Assembly: GCA_036172245.1 (NCBI GenBank)
Contig: JAYWIR010000023.1
Coordinates: 1,426,001-1,490,000, forward strand
DNA: 64,000 bases
Reading direction: 5' to 3'
Source of the DNA: Raillietiella orientalis
Lineage: Eukaryota
The notes beneath the pieces were generated by a model. That model was not told the DNA's origin. It saw nothing but the letters and a program-made list of their open reading frames with translations, and ran no database searches. The translations under genes and the position numbers were made by a program. Shown piece by piece: positions 38,001-51,078 of this stretch (its first letter is position 1; each line of letters opens with the position of its first letter).

Positions 38001-40360
38001 GCTTTTTCATGTCCTCGTTGTGAGCACGCAACCTGCCTGCGGTCCTACCACGGAAGGCTTTACTTGATGTTTCAGTAGCACTGCAACGAGAATCGAGACC
38101 TCCCTGCTTCCCGCGAGTTCCCTTTCCCCGTCGCGCGAAACTCTCTGGGAGCAGGAGCGGTTTCGTAGTACACACTCTTTCACTGACTGATTCTTGCAGA
38201 ACTGACTCTTCTGCGTATTCTTTGCTGATCCCTCCTAGTGGGAACGTGCCGAAAGAACCGCGAGCGTTAGCGAGCACCAGAACCCAGCTCCTCCACATCG
38301 CTCCAGAGGACGGAAAGGATTTCGTGATTTGTGGCACCCGTAGGTTCCTTTCATCATGCCTACTCACCCCGGTTCGAAAACGTTCCGTCTTCCTCATTTC
38401 CCAGGGAATGCCTAGGAACGTAAGGACCCGCACATCAGGACGTACGCAAACTTCATCATGGCTATCATCTATTTTGTTCCTGGCAAGCCATTCCTTAGCT
38501 CCTAATCAGGAGGCACAACGTGATGTGGGCACTGAACTCCTGGACAGCGGCCCAGACGTCCAACGCATGTCCTGGCTGTGCTGCATGTTGACGCATCGTC
38601 CGCTTCTCGTGTTCCTCTTGAATGTGCTCGAGGGAACTCCCGACACGTCACCGTTCCTCGTTAAGAAGCGAGTTCTTCAAGCACTCACGCAGGAGTGATC
38701 TTCGCCAGTGATGGCCTCATCGTTCAAGGGCGCGGTGATATGGTAGACCAACTGAAGAGATGTCATCGCTTCGAGAATTCCTCAGAGTGAAGCTTTTCGA
38801 GTTCTGCTGTCGGCACGGCAAGCGTCCTTCCGACAAACGTGATGCTTCCCCATCGAAAAGGCTGAGGTCTTGGCCTCTGCTGCACTGCGCAACACAGTCC
38901 GCTCGAAAGAATCTCTAGGAGCAGGCACTCGCGCGAAGCTTTCTTCCAGGAGCTCCCCGAAATTTCATTTGAACCAAGGAGCGAGCTCGTCGTGCGTGAT
39001 TCTCCTGGATTCCCTACACTTCGCATTACGAGAGACGCTTTCACATCTCGACGTGTCATCTGAACACAGAATCTCTGTTCCTTTCTTCTTTTTTTCCTCC
39101 CCCAAGCACCCTAAAAAATGGGGGGAGGAGCAAACGCGGAAAGGAAAACGGAAAAAAATTTCCTTTTTTTTCTTCTGTTTTTCTTCTCATTTGCGGCGTG
39201 TTTCTCTCGCATAAGATCTTCAGAGCTTTGCGTCCGCAGCTTTTCTACTCCTTTGCATCAGCGTCAGGTTCGCGGCCCGCTGTGGCTCCGCAAGTTCTTG
39301 CGGCGGCGATGGTGTTACACCTTTGTGAGCTCTTGAAGAATTCGGCTGCTCAGCATTTCGAGCCTGCGTTTCTTTCGACCCGGTCTGCACCCTCGTTGGA
39401 AAGACGTCTATGTTCAAAAAAGAGGGGGGAACCCCTCGGACGCTTGTTAAGCTTTCATGGAACCTTTGCGCCCACCTCCTGCTTCGCGTTCCGTGCACAA
39501 CCGGGAAACTGGATATGTGGGGCCTGGCCAGAAGCAATTTTTATGTTCTCGCAAGCAATTTTTGTGCTGACTGAGTCTTTTATTTTCTCTGTGGGTCCCT
39601 ATCTGCGTTTTTTCTCCATCTTTCTCTTTTCCCCCGTGGCCGCGTTCGGGCGCGCGCGTGCACGGGTTTGCTCCTTGTGCCACTCCCGAGCGAGCCAGCG
39701 GACGACGGTTCTCCTTCGGATTGACATTCCAAGCCACGAGACGGAACAGTCGAAGCGTGTCAGAGGCACGCTGCGTTGTCACCCTCTCAGTGTCGTCCAC
39801 GGAAATATCGAAAATGCAGCCTGCTTCGAGACAGAAGAGTGTCACTCTCAGGCATCTGCAGAGCAAAAGACCGAGAATTCGTCCAAGAACCAGAGATGGT
39901 CCGCCAGCCTCTCGTGGGAAAAGCAGTCGAGACCTGGGGGTTTTCCTCTCATCCCGAGATGGCGGCGGCTGTTTGGCCGAAAGCTCTATGGGTCGGGAAG
40001 AGCGGTTTCGCGTTTAGCGGGAAATCTCGCGACCATCAGCTTTTCTCAATTTTAAGTGGCGCCCACCTGTGTTCGCGGAATTGGTTCATCCCCGACCAGC
40101 ATCGAGTGGACGCTGTGCTCACCGGAACAGAGACGAAGGAACCAGGGAAAATTCCAAAAGCCCCCAGGTCTTTTATGCAAACATCCCGCGCATGCTTAGC
40201 ACGCATTTCGGCAACATTGCTCGCATCTCTCGAACATGCATTCGTTATCTGCGCCCACGGCAGCCTTCAGAAAACTTGGCGGGTCAAACGGAAAAAATGT
40301 CCTGCGAGCCGTATCGCGCCGAGCATTCTCTCATTCTGTAGTTCTTCGTAGATTTTGTAT

Positions 40361-40401
<41 letters not shown>

Positions 40402-43400
40402 AAAGCACGTGGAACAAAAAAGGAAAACTCCAAACGCGCGCTGGTTTTTGTGTGGGATGACAATGCTCTTGGAGTGATGACCTGCGGAGCTGGTAAGCGA
40501 CTCTGCTATGAGCTCTGGTCACGAAACCCGCCTCGTAGGAACAGAAAATTCCTGACGATGCTAGGCATCGGGCGTTCTCGTTGGCGCCCTTGGCGATCTT
40601 TTCTTTCCCCTGAGACGAAACCGAGCGCGAATCCATCCGGAATTTCTGTCTCGAAACCTCGGTTTTGTTCCGGTCGCGATGCTTCACCATCGATCTCTCC
40701 AGGGGTGCGCAGAATGGCACCATAATGCTTCCCGGTTTCTCATGAGTGTCCTTGAAGCACCTGCGGACTTTTTTTCTTTCGAGAACGGAGCGAACAATGC
40801 TCGCAAGTTTTTCCTTCATCGAGTGGTGACCATGAAGACGGAACCCGAAGTTTTGCATATGCATATCTTTGCGAAGCATCAGGAGACTTCCCGCCGCAGT
40901 TGACCCGCTTATTCTGCTGTTGTTGGTGTCGCAAGAAACGTGCCTTCGTTATCCAGCAGAAGGAACGGTGCCGATGCCGAGGCGTTTCCAACTCATCCCA
41001 TCTGTTACCTAGCTCCCGATTTGAGCGAGAAGCTGCAAGCAGGTTTCCTTCCCTCCGTGTCTGCGTTGCCACGGCACTGACGGTCTCGTGGAGGATTCCC
41101 CTTCCCGGAAGCACGCCTGCCTTTTGATGAATTCATCAAGAAGCGAGCTGTGTGAAGGAGGCAGATGGATACGGGTTCTCGTCCGAAGTCGGTGGCGTCC
41201 AGCATCTTGCATATCGCTTCCGCGTCATCCCGTGAAGTTTCCCTCCCCTCGGCGGCAGGTTTCGTAGATCTTTGCAACACTCGACCACGACTGGTACCCC
41301 TCTCATGCTCTGCACGTATGAATCTTGGTGTGGATGGCTTCCTGCTTGCCGCTGAGGCGCAAGTCGCGACGGTAATGCCTTTCTTGGTGGCATCAGGACA
41401 TATCTTCTCGTGGCAATCACGTTCCAGCACCAGAAGTTTTCCAGTTGAGTCGAGCCGCTTGCAGCTCCTCCGTTCCTGACGTGTTGTTGACATCTTGGAT
41501 ATTTCCAGGAGGGATAGCCTTTTTCTGTAGAGAGAAACTGATATGAAAGGGGGGATGACCTGTGGTGTCACCTACCAGACGTCTCCGCTAAAACCAGTTC
41601 TTTGCAATGCTGCAGTCAACTCAACTGATGGCGCGCCGCTTGAGGACCGAGTGCCATCAGTTCTTGGCCTCAGGCATTGCCAGCTTCCGAGGGGCTACCG
41701 CTGCTCATGGAACGGACTTCAGCTCGTTCTTTACTTGTCGAATTTCGGCGACGGTCACGTGGTTTCCGGAAAATCGGGACCTTCATGTGGGAGAACGGGG
41801 TGAATCTGGTGCTTTCTTCGCATCCGTGAAGCGAGTCGCACTGCTCCAGACGAGCCGTGTCAGATTTTCTCTTATCACGAGAGCCTCCCGTGCTCACTAA
41901 GCATCTAGCACATGTTCCGATCGGCATGCAGTATTTTCCTCTTTCTGTCTTTCCTCTGTTTGCATGCGAGGAACCTAGAGGCCTCGCGTTTCTCTTTGGA
42001 CATTGGCTCCCTAGGGACAACGACGCTGCCAGCATCTGTAGCGACTTCGGCACTCTTCAGGAAGTGCGGCGGGAAAGTTCCCGGTGCCGACTAACTCCAG
42101 AGTTGCCTCTGAGTTCTCGCAAGGACAAGGAGCACCATCGAAGGGTCCATCGGTACGCCCAGTCCGGACTGAATATCCACTCAACCTCCGATATCGAGGC
42201 TGGTAGTGACCCGCTCCTCTCATGGTTTCCTCGTCTCTTTGACCTGCTTCGACACAATCGCCTTGTTTCCTGATGATGAGACCTCCGTGGTCCACACCGT
42301 CGCCGTGGGCGCTCAATCAATTCCGACAGAATGCTTTACAGGAATGCTCTTTTGCCAAGGAGGCATCAAATGATAGACTCCTCCCTTTCTTTCCCTTTCC
42401 TCCTTGTGAACCTTTGCGAGCGGTGGGACGCGGAGAACAGTAGGCGGAAGCTCGCGAAATTTCAACAGCGCCTCGGGTGAATCCCGGATTTCTACTCGCC
42501 GGTTCTTTGGGCACCGAGGGAGGTGCTGGCTGGAAGGCGTTTCAGTCTTTCGGGTGGGAAAGACTTCCTCGTTCAAGTCCTTCTATCGGCGGGAGCGGGG
42601 GACACGCATCACTCGAGGGCCGGTGCGAGCGCGGGAGCTGCGAAAGAGATCCAAAACTGCAACGGTGGTTGATGAAGCAATGTTACCAGCACGTCAAGAA
42701 CGTTTGCTCCTTCAAGAGGACCTCGTGCAAAGTCGGCATCCCCTTTGGTGATGGCGGTGAGTTTCCACACCAACGGAAGCAGGTTCGATGCATCCCTTTA
42801 TGCTGCCCTCTCATACGATAAGCAGGGCGCTCAGGGCCATGCGCGTATTTAAAGCTTACTGTTCCCCGGTCTCGTCCTGTTCTTCGATCTTCCTGCTTCC
42901 GCGCGCTGCCAGACCTTTTTCTGGGACGCGGCGAGGGAGGACAGGGAGGACTTGCCTGCAATTCCATCAGGGTCCTTCTGCTTCATCTGTCCTTTTCCCC
43001 CTCCCCCGAGATTTCATTCCCCTAACGATCAAACGCTCGCTTCCGTGCCCTGCGACCACGCCCATCGCCAGACCTCAAGAGCGAACCATGCAATCCTGGA
43101 CGGATGCATTTGAATTCTGCACATGTAGGTTTTCTTTGAGAGAGAGAGAAGGGGGCAGATGATGAGACATTCTCGAAGCCTTCGAGAACGTTCTCTCCCT
43201 CCCTCCCCCTTTCTCTCCTTTTCCTTTTTTTGCGCATGTCGACTGAGAAGATCGGCTACCTCTCCGGCTGTGCCTCTTTGTCTGAAAGGACGCGCTCTGC
43301 CTTCCCTCCACGAAGGAAACGACCTGGAAGGTTCCGTTTGGATGGGCGGTTCCTCTGGAGCTTCGCGCGCTCCCAGCCAAGTCCAACGCTCGCCCGCTCT

Positions 43401-46400
43401 CATCCTTGCGGGCGCCGGCAGCCGTCGCGAATGCCACCGGGGGACGGCCGCGCGGTTCTGCAGGGGTCGTGACGGGAGAGGATGGAGAGAGATCGGTGAG
43501 AAGGGGTCGCGGGAGGCTCCAGCGAAGGTGTTCCGTCCGGCGGGAGCGCGCGAGTACTGCTGAGCGCCTGCTGCTGTTCGAGGAGGTGAAGGAGGAGGAG
43601 GGGAGGAATAGGAGGGGGGGAAGCCTGGCTGGCTGGCTCGCTCGCTCGCTCGCGGTGTGTGCGAAAGATCCCGCGAGATCTGCTGACGCCCGCCCAGACG
43701 CGACGATGCCGTTTACTTTGTTGCATTTTTGAGGTGTTTTTGGGGCATCTTCGAACGTGCGGCAAAAGCAGCGGGGAAGAGGAATGGAAGAGAAAGAGGG
43801 GAGGGGAGGGGGGGATAACATTCAGCGCGATCTCGTCTCGCCTGTTCCCGGCTTTCCATCCCTCCCAGGGAATGGAAATGGTCCCGGAGATTTTTGCGAG
43901 CGGGACCCCTTTCTTCGCCCCAGGCTGCGTCGCTCATATTTGTTGGCCGTGAGTCATGTCGGAAAAGGAAACCACCGAGGAGTTTTCTCGTCCTTTATGG
44001 CAAGGACGTCGATCTCCTGAGGTTCTTGAGAGGGCACATAGGCTGGGGAAGCAATCTTCCTCCGACGCGTGCGCAGGGCGTGCCCTTTGCGCCGGAACGA
44101 GGGTCTCTCTCGCTTCCAGGTCACCCCCGCGCGGCGGCAACTTCGGCACTCCGTCGCGCGGTTGGCAGCCCTGCTCCAGGCGGCTCTTGGCGGCGTGAGA
44201 ATTCCCTTCCTTCCTTCCTTTTGTTTCTCCCACCCTCTCAATCTTCTCGGCCGCGTTTGCCTGCCGAAAGATGACGAGATGTTTCCCGAGTCACTCCAAC
44301 GACGGCATGGAGACGACACTCCTTAATCCGCTTTGAGTGCTCCAACGCCGCTCCAGCAAGAACGCTAATACGGCTGACCCACAAATATCCCTCCCCTCTT
44401 CACGTCAGAGACTCGGGGGAGCTTCTAGCGCCTAGGGGATTCCCGGTGACGTCCGCTTCTCTCTTGTGCTCCTCTCCACCAACGCACTTGGACAGAGGGC
44501 GAGGAAGATGCAGTCCAGATCACACGGCTCATCTCGCGGGCATCGCTACTGATCCACGGGAGTCGCTGGCGTCGGGCCTCGAGCTCCCTTTCGGCCTCGC
44601 GTTTTCTCCCCGGTCGAGGAAGGAGGAAGCTTTCTCTGACTCCGGCACCAGTGGCGGTGGACTCCAGCGTGGGAGCAGATCGTCCCAAAAGTTAGGCGGG
44701 AAGTGTTTGCGTCTCCCCTCGCGACCAGAAACCAAGCAGATCGCGAATTCTTCCTCCTCCTCCCGCCCTCTCCCTCTCCCTCCACGAAGAGTGGTCCGTT
44801 CTCCATCGGTTGCCATTCTTCCAGGCGTCGCAGCTCCTCCCGGGTGCGGTTCTCCCCGCGTTTTCATCCCCCACCTCAGACCGCCCGCTCCTGTCCCCGC
44901 AGCAGTGCGCATGCGCTCCGGGAGGAACGCTGTCGGTTCCAGAGTCTTGTCATCGCGCTGGGGCTCTGGCTAGAGTGCACACGTGCACTTATGGCGGCTC
45001 CCACATCAGACCAGTGGCTTCGGTGGTTCCTCCTCCCCTTTCTTCCCCCTCCTTCCCACTGCCTGCGTCACTCCTCCTCCTCACCCTCCCGCGCTCGTTG
45101 CATTTCTACCGCTTCCCAGCGAATGCACTGCTGCCCCCTTGATGAAGAGGGGCTTGCCGTTGTGTAGGCAGCAACGAGCCCCCCTTCTTCCCTGGACATC
45201 CCCAGTCGAACCCGCGACCCAAGGCTCCTTTCGCTCGCTGCAACCCCCGGCAGAGACACTCGGGACCCCGAAAGCCCCCCGTTTGCGTTCATTGCACGCC
45301 CGCCCGATGCGCCGGCGGCAGGAATCGCTGCCAGGCGGGAGAGGTCGACCGAAATTCCATGGAAGGCGCAGCCCAGTCCCCAATTAACAAAGTTTGCTTG
45401 CAGCCTCGAGACTCAGCCCGCAATCTCGAAGGACCATTTTCTTTTTTTTTTTTCTTCCCTTTTTTCGAAACCGTGCGCTTCCCTGGTGCAGAGCGCAGAA
45501 TTTCACGGAGGTCATGCAGTCCGTGGTACATCCGGCACATGCTCCTTAGTGATGCTGCCGTTCCCGATATTGTGCTTGCCCCTCTTTTTCCTCCGCCCTC
45601 CTTTCGCCTGCTCCCCTGCTGTAAGGAGTAGAAGGAGGAGGAGGATGCGTGCGTCCTGCCGTGGCCAAGGCACTGCGGAAAGGCGGAGCGGCTATGCGGC
45701 GCCACGGGACGGAAACTTAAAAAACGAACAGCAGCAGGGGCTGCCGAGATTGCTCGTCCTGCGCCTCCATCACTCGCTGCCTGGCGTTTCCCCTTTCCCA
45801 CTTTGGGCTGCCGAACTGGGAGGAGAGGAGAGACAGCGGGAGCGAAAACTTCAGTCCTCTCACCGCTACTTTCCGCCTTGCTCTCTCCTCGGGTCTCTTA
45901 CGAGGTCTTCGCTCGTTTCCCCGGAAACGAGGGATCGAGGGGGCGGTCAAGGATCTCATGGACTTCCGAGAGAACTCTCTCCCGGAGTCTTGTACCCGGC
46001 GATCCATTTCCGTGCCCCTCCCCTCCCTCCCTCTCTCACTTCTGCTGCCCTTCGTCTTGGATAGGGCGGAAAAAGAAAAAAACATCCCCCTTCCTCTCAT
46101 CAGCACTCCTCTTGGCCTTTCGGCCACCTCAGCTTTCCCCCTCCATCTCCGCCTTTTCGTCGGCAATCCCGCGCGCGTTGCGATGGCGACGGAGGAATGC
46201 TGTCTCCGGCTCCCGTCCCGCGGCGCTTCCAAGCGGTTCGCGCGACCGGCATCGAAAAAAGCCGGCAGCGTCATTTCCCTGCCATCTCGGCAGAACCGCC
46301 ACCTCCCTCGCAAAGATCGAAAGAGAAGAAGTGCACCTGGATTCCCGGATGTCATCGCACGCACTGGGGACCGCTTCAGATGACTCCGAACCTCCCCATC

Positions 46401-49400
46401 TGCACGCGTTCCCACTCGACAGCCGCCCCCCGTGAGCGCTTCCATAGCCAGGAGGGCTCCCCTCGGGACCCCGGATTCCTGCTTCTCGGATCGCTCCCTG
46501 CCGCGTCTCCAGAAGCAAAGAGCTTCTTCACCCGATGTTCTGCCCGAGGTCGTTCCCGTCTTGCGATAGTCGCCCCGGGGCATCGTTGCGCGCTCTGGAG
46601 CTGACAGCGACTCCGCGTGGACAAAGGAGAGAGGAGGTCCTACTTCAGCAAAACTGCGCTCGCGCATGCCTGAAACCTACCCGACGACCTCGCCAAATGG
46701 CCTCGGGCTACCTCGGAATTTCTTCCGCTGCGAGAGCATCCTCATCCGGCAGATCGTCGCCAAGGGGGGGTCATCGGGATGGAGACTCGCAACTCATTTG
46801 AAGGTCATCCGGGCGATTGCAAAATAGGGTGCGATGTACTGACCACACCTTCCGTCCTGAGCAGGGATCCTTGTGCTCTCTCTGTTGTTCTGTCGGTGCC
46901 TCTGTTGGTGAGCCAGAATGGCTCTGCAGGGGTGGATGCGCCTCTATGACGGTTGCGGTTGCGTCGTCGATCTTCCGTCCCACGCGCAGTTCCACCGGCA
47001 ACCACTTGAGGGGGAGTGACGTGTTTCTGGAATCCTCGGAGAGGTCAGAGAAAGGCGTGTGCTCTAGGCAGGAGATCTCTGGGCGTCATCAACCTTGCGC
47101 GACTGGAACTCAAGGGTGGAGGAGCACCCACTGCAGTGGAGATCCGGGTGGGAGGTCCGTTCCTTTGCATCCAGTGACTACCAATCATCGGCGTCTTCTT
47201 TCCCCGGATGGGACGAACCGAACCTCCCCCTTTCTCGGGTGTGCAGAAAGAGGGAACCATGAGGACTCCAGAGACACCCTTACCAGGCGCTTTGGAAGTC
47301 CGAAGGCACCACCAGCCAGAGCACTTTTACTGAATGAACTCTCTTTCCACCTAGCGATCAGCTTGGTGGGAAACTTCTGCGGCAATCTGAGAAGTTGCGA
47401 AACTTCCCAAGGAATTCTAAGGAATCGCTGCAGCGCCTTTTCTTCGGTTAGCACTACTGCAGCGCTTTGTAGGCCAGGCCATGCAAAATCCCCCGTGCAA
47501 GTGTTGCAGCGAGTAGGTTGCCTGGCGCGGCGGGAAAGAAAGCGAAGACATGGGGCATTTCTCCGTGGTCGAAGAAGCCCTTCCTGCCTTCCAGCAGAGC
47601 TCTGAAAGGAAACTTGTCCTTAGTCCAGCAGGGAGGATCCACAGGATTGATCGTGACGTTGGGTGGTCTTGCGGGTATGCTGGGTGGGCAGAGGGGGTTG
47701 TCGAGACGGAGTCGCGGGGTCCCACGCGAGCTCTCCCTCTCGGCACACCTCATCCAGAGTCCCGGAAAACGTGTTGCCGGGCACGTCGGGTGGGCAGATG
47801 CTTGAGCACACGTGCTTTTCCACGCGAGAAAGGGTGGGAATGCGAGTCGCATCGCGCAGGATTCTGCATCTGTATCGGAGAGCCGTGCCTTGCTAAGGGT
47901 AGGGTGTCAGCTATCAGCATCTTCGACCGCAGTAGCCTCACAGAACCGTAGCCGAATTCTCGCTAGCGAGCACCTCGGATCGCGGTCCACCCTAATCCAC
48001 GGAGTGTCCATGGGCTCCCACTCCAGCCAGTCCACCATCGTTCGCTACTCCCGCAGGCAGGGATGATCCACCAAAGAAGAGCTGTTGCAACGTTTGAAGA
48101 AGAGACTGCTTCTCGATCGAGCGTCCCCCTCCCCCGTTTCTCGAGACGAGCGAGCGCAGAGAATTCGAGAGAAATTTTCGAGCTGCCAGACCACCACCAC
48201 CCTTGGGAAGTTATGCTACTCCGACAGGAGTAAACAAGGAAACTCGCTTCCTAGTTACAAACATCCTCCCCCCCTCCCCCTCTCTCTCCTTCCTTCCTTC
48301 CTTTTTTTTTTTTTTGGAACGGGAGTACCCGAAACTAATTGGGTCCCGGGTAACTTTTACATCTGTAAGAAAGAAACGATTCTTTGGAATGGCTAAAATT
48401 TCACAGTCCGTTTCTTTGGGTAGTTGTTGCTTCCCCTCCTTCCTCCTCCTCCGAATGATCAGAGTACCATTTGAATTTTGCGATTTTCAGTTTCTTTCTT
48501 TCCTTTTCGAACCTGCTTCATCATATCATTTCAGCGAGTGCACGTAAACAATTGCAGCAACTGCGAAATTTATTGCTGAGCAAACGTTAGCTGGTGAGCC
48601 TGAAAACGCACTGCCAAAGAAATACGCGATTCTTTGAAGCATTAGCGAAGACATCTTCATGAGATTCGAAAGTCCCGTGCTTCGTTTCGTTCCTTATATT
48701 TTTCTCTGTGCTACTGTTCCGAAAGATATTTTTCTATTTGCAGATCTCGAAACTCAGTTGAACGATTCAAGAATGAAATGGCCATTCATTATACAGAAAT
48801 TTTTTGCTGAGCAGTACGAAAAGGTAAGGAAATCCAAGTGGAAAAAAAAAAAAAAAAAAAAAAAAAAAAGCCTCCAACTTTTCTGGAAAAAGGAAAGAAA
48901 AAAAAAAGTGCGGCGAAAATAGTGATCGATAACGGCCTTTGTCTTTTTAATGTACATCGACTCTCCTGCTATGTATACACTTGATTGCTCGGGAGTGGTG
49001 CACAATGTTATCTTTTGTTGCTATGGAACACAGATGTTTATTTTTTATTTAAACTGAGAGGGAAAAAAGGGAAAAAAAAGCGCTTGATTAGAGAGAAAGT
49101 TTGTGCTCCGAGATTATTCCGCATTGCGAAAAATGGTTTCGAGTAAAGAATGTTTGTTTGCGAACGTTCTGCCTTGTTTACATGATGAAAACTATCAGTT
49201 TTCGAATAAAACGTGTTACTCAACACTCTTGATTTTTTCCGTCTTTCGAGAACGAAACGAGTGGAACAATCAAGGCACGTGTTTCGATACAGTCTGTACA
49301 CGTATCGAGAAGCTACACCTAATACTTGAGCCGTATTAAAATACAAATAATGCAAGTTTACATTTGTCAACAGTTATGTCAATATGTGTCAAGCATGTGG

Positions 49401-51029
49401 TATTCGAAACAGCGAATGTCGAGAGTGGTTTCATCCACATGTGATGGTGCAATGGTGCATCTAATGATATAAGCGCTGGAAGACAAACGGGCGTGTGTTG
49501 GTACCCGTGAAACCGCGCGCTTGTCGTTTGAATCGCCGCCATCTTAATTCTGCCATTGCACAAAGGAGCCATAAACATGGCTTGCTCCATCGCCCCCGAT
49601 CACGTGCGAGGCTCAGTGTTGCAAGCCTGTTCGAATTTGAAACTTTCGAACGTATTTGTTCGTAATTGCTTGCATCATTTTATCAACAAGAAATAATTCA
49701 AATTAGACATGAGAGCGCATAAAGTAAAATTTAAAGCAGGTAATGGAGGTCGCATAGGAGGCAATTTTGTGTTTGCTTCATCAGATTGCATACTCATCGA
49801 ATTGAAAAGCACATCCGGACATCCGATTTAAGTAACATATCAAATGTAATTCTGCGATAAAAAACGCTCGTGAACCAGTGCAAAATAATAAATGGCCCCT
49901 AGAGATGGCTTTCGACCCACCGAACGATGGTGGTCCTGCTATGTGTATCATCGAAAGCTAGCCAAAGCTTCGGATAAAAGTGCCCGAGGTGTAATCTAAT
50001 AACCTGTCCTCGAGGTGGTCACTTCGAATTGTGAAACATATGTGTAAGTGGATACGCTGATCCGAACTTGAGGGTAATTATGAAGTTATCGAAGAGTTCC
50101 CATTATGGGTATGCGCGGAACGAATTTTGTTTTCGATGGAAACCCCGCGTTTTGTCTGTATTTACATATCAAAAGGCAATATTTTGTGTATAGATGACCT
50201 CACTTCCTCAAGGCAAGTCGGAGTTCCCCTCGGAAGGGTGTCTTAAGCTCCGGCCAATCGAGGGGAGATGCTGCTCAGCTTCAGTGTTGCTGCAGTTTTC
50301 CGTTCATCAAAGTGCGCTGAAAATATTTGCATAGACTGATATGACGCCATTTTATTTTCATTTTTTTTTCTTCGTATGTGTGTGTGTGTGTGTGTTTTTC
50401 CTCGTAAAGATGACGAAATCGAGGAGGGGAGTCTGCCCGAATCGGAGGGATCTCCTAGTTCTATACTGAAAAGTCGGTGTTCCTTTCAGGTATATATGAA
50501 GATGCACAGTGTTCTGTAGCATTTTCATTTTGAAAAAATATTTATTTTTGTAACCTTGTGCCTTTTTTTTTTCTTTTAAGGCATAATTTGTTACGTTATT
50601 CCCCCCCCCCCCTGATTTTATTGATTGAAGTCGTCGAGTTATAAATTCTTTCTTTCTTTTTTTTCTTCTTCTTCTTCTTCCAGTTTCTTCTCAATTTCCC
50701 GCCTGGTTACAATTCAGAATTTTCTGTCCAGTTTTTTATAATGCTGTGACGTTTATGCTCAACTAAGCTTAATAAATGATCGTTTCAGTCTGCGTTTCCT
50801 GCTGTTACTCATAACAACATCAAATTGAACATGAAAACAGCTGCATTTAACAAATAAAACCAGCTTTTCCATCATTCTAAAAATGTGAAGCAGGAAGCTA
50901 TTCGTGCTCTATCAGAAAATTTCCAGAAGGAAACGTTTGCATAGAAAGGACTCAGGTCTGGAGTAGGTTCTCAAATTGCCTTTGTGCGTTAAAATGATCT
51001 CCTCAAGGACTTTGATTATTTTGTTTCCA

Positions 51030-51078
<49 letters not shown>

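Noticed and set aside
35700..39060. Possible LINE relics flanking the bHLH exon
   Set aside because: Only vague resemblance; no motif clear enough to call.
44850..45400. Possible Gypsy protease fragment ('CTYGGSHIRPV')
   Set aside because: A single weak motif.
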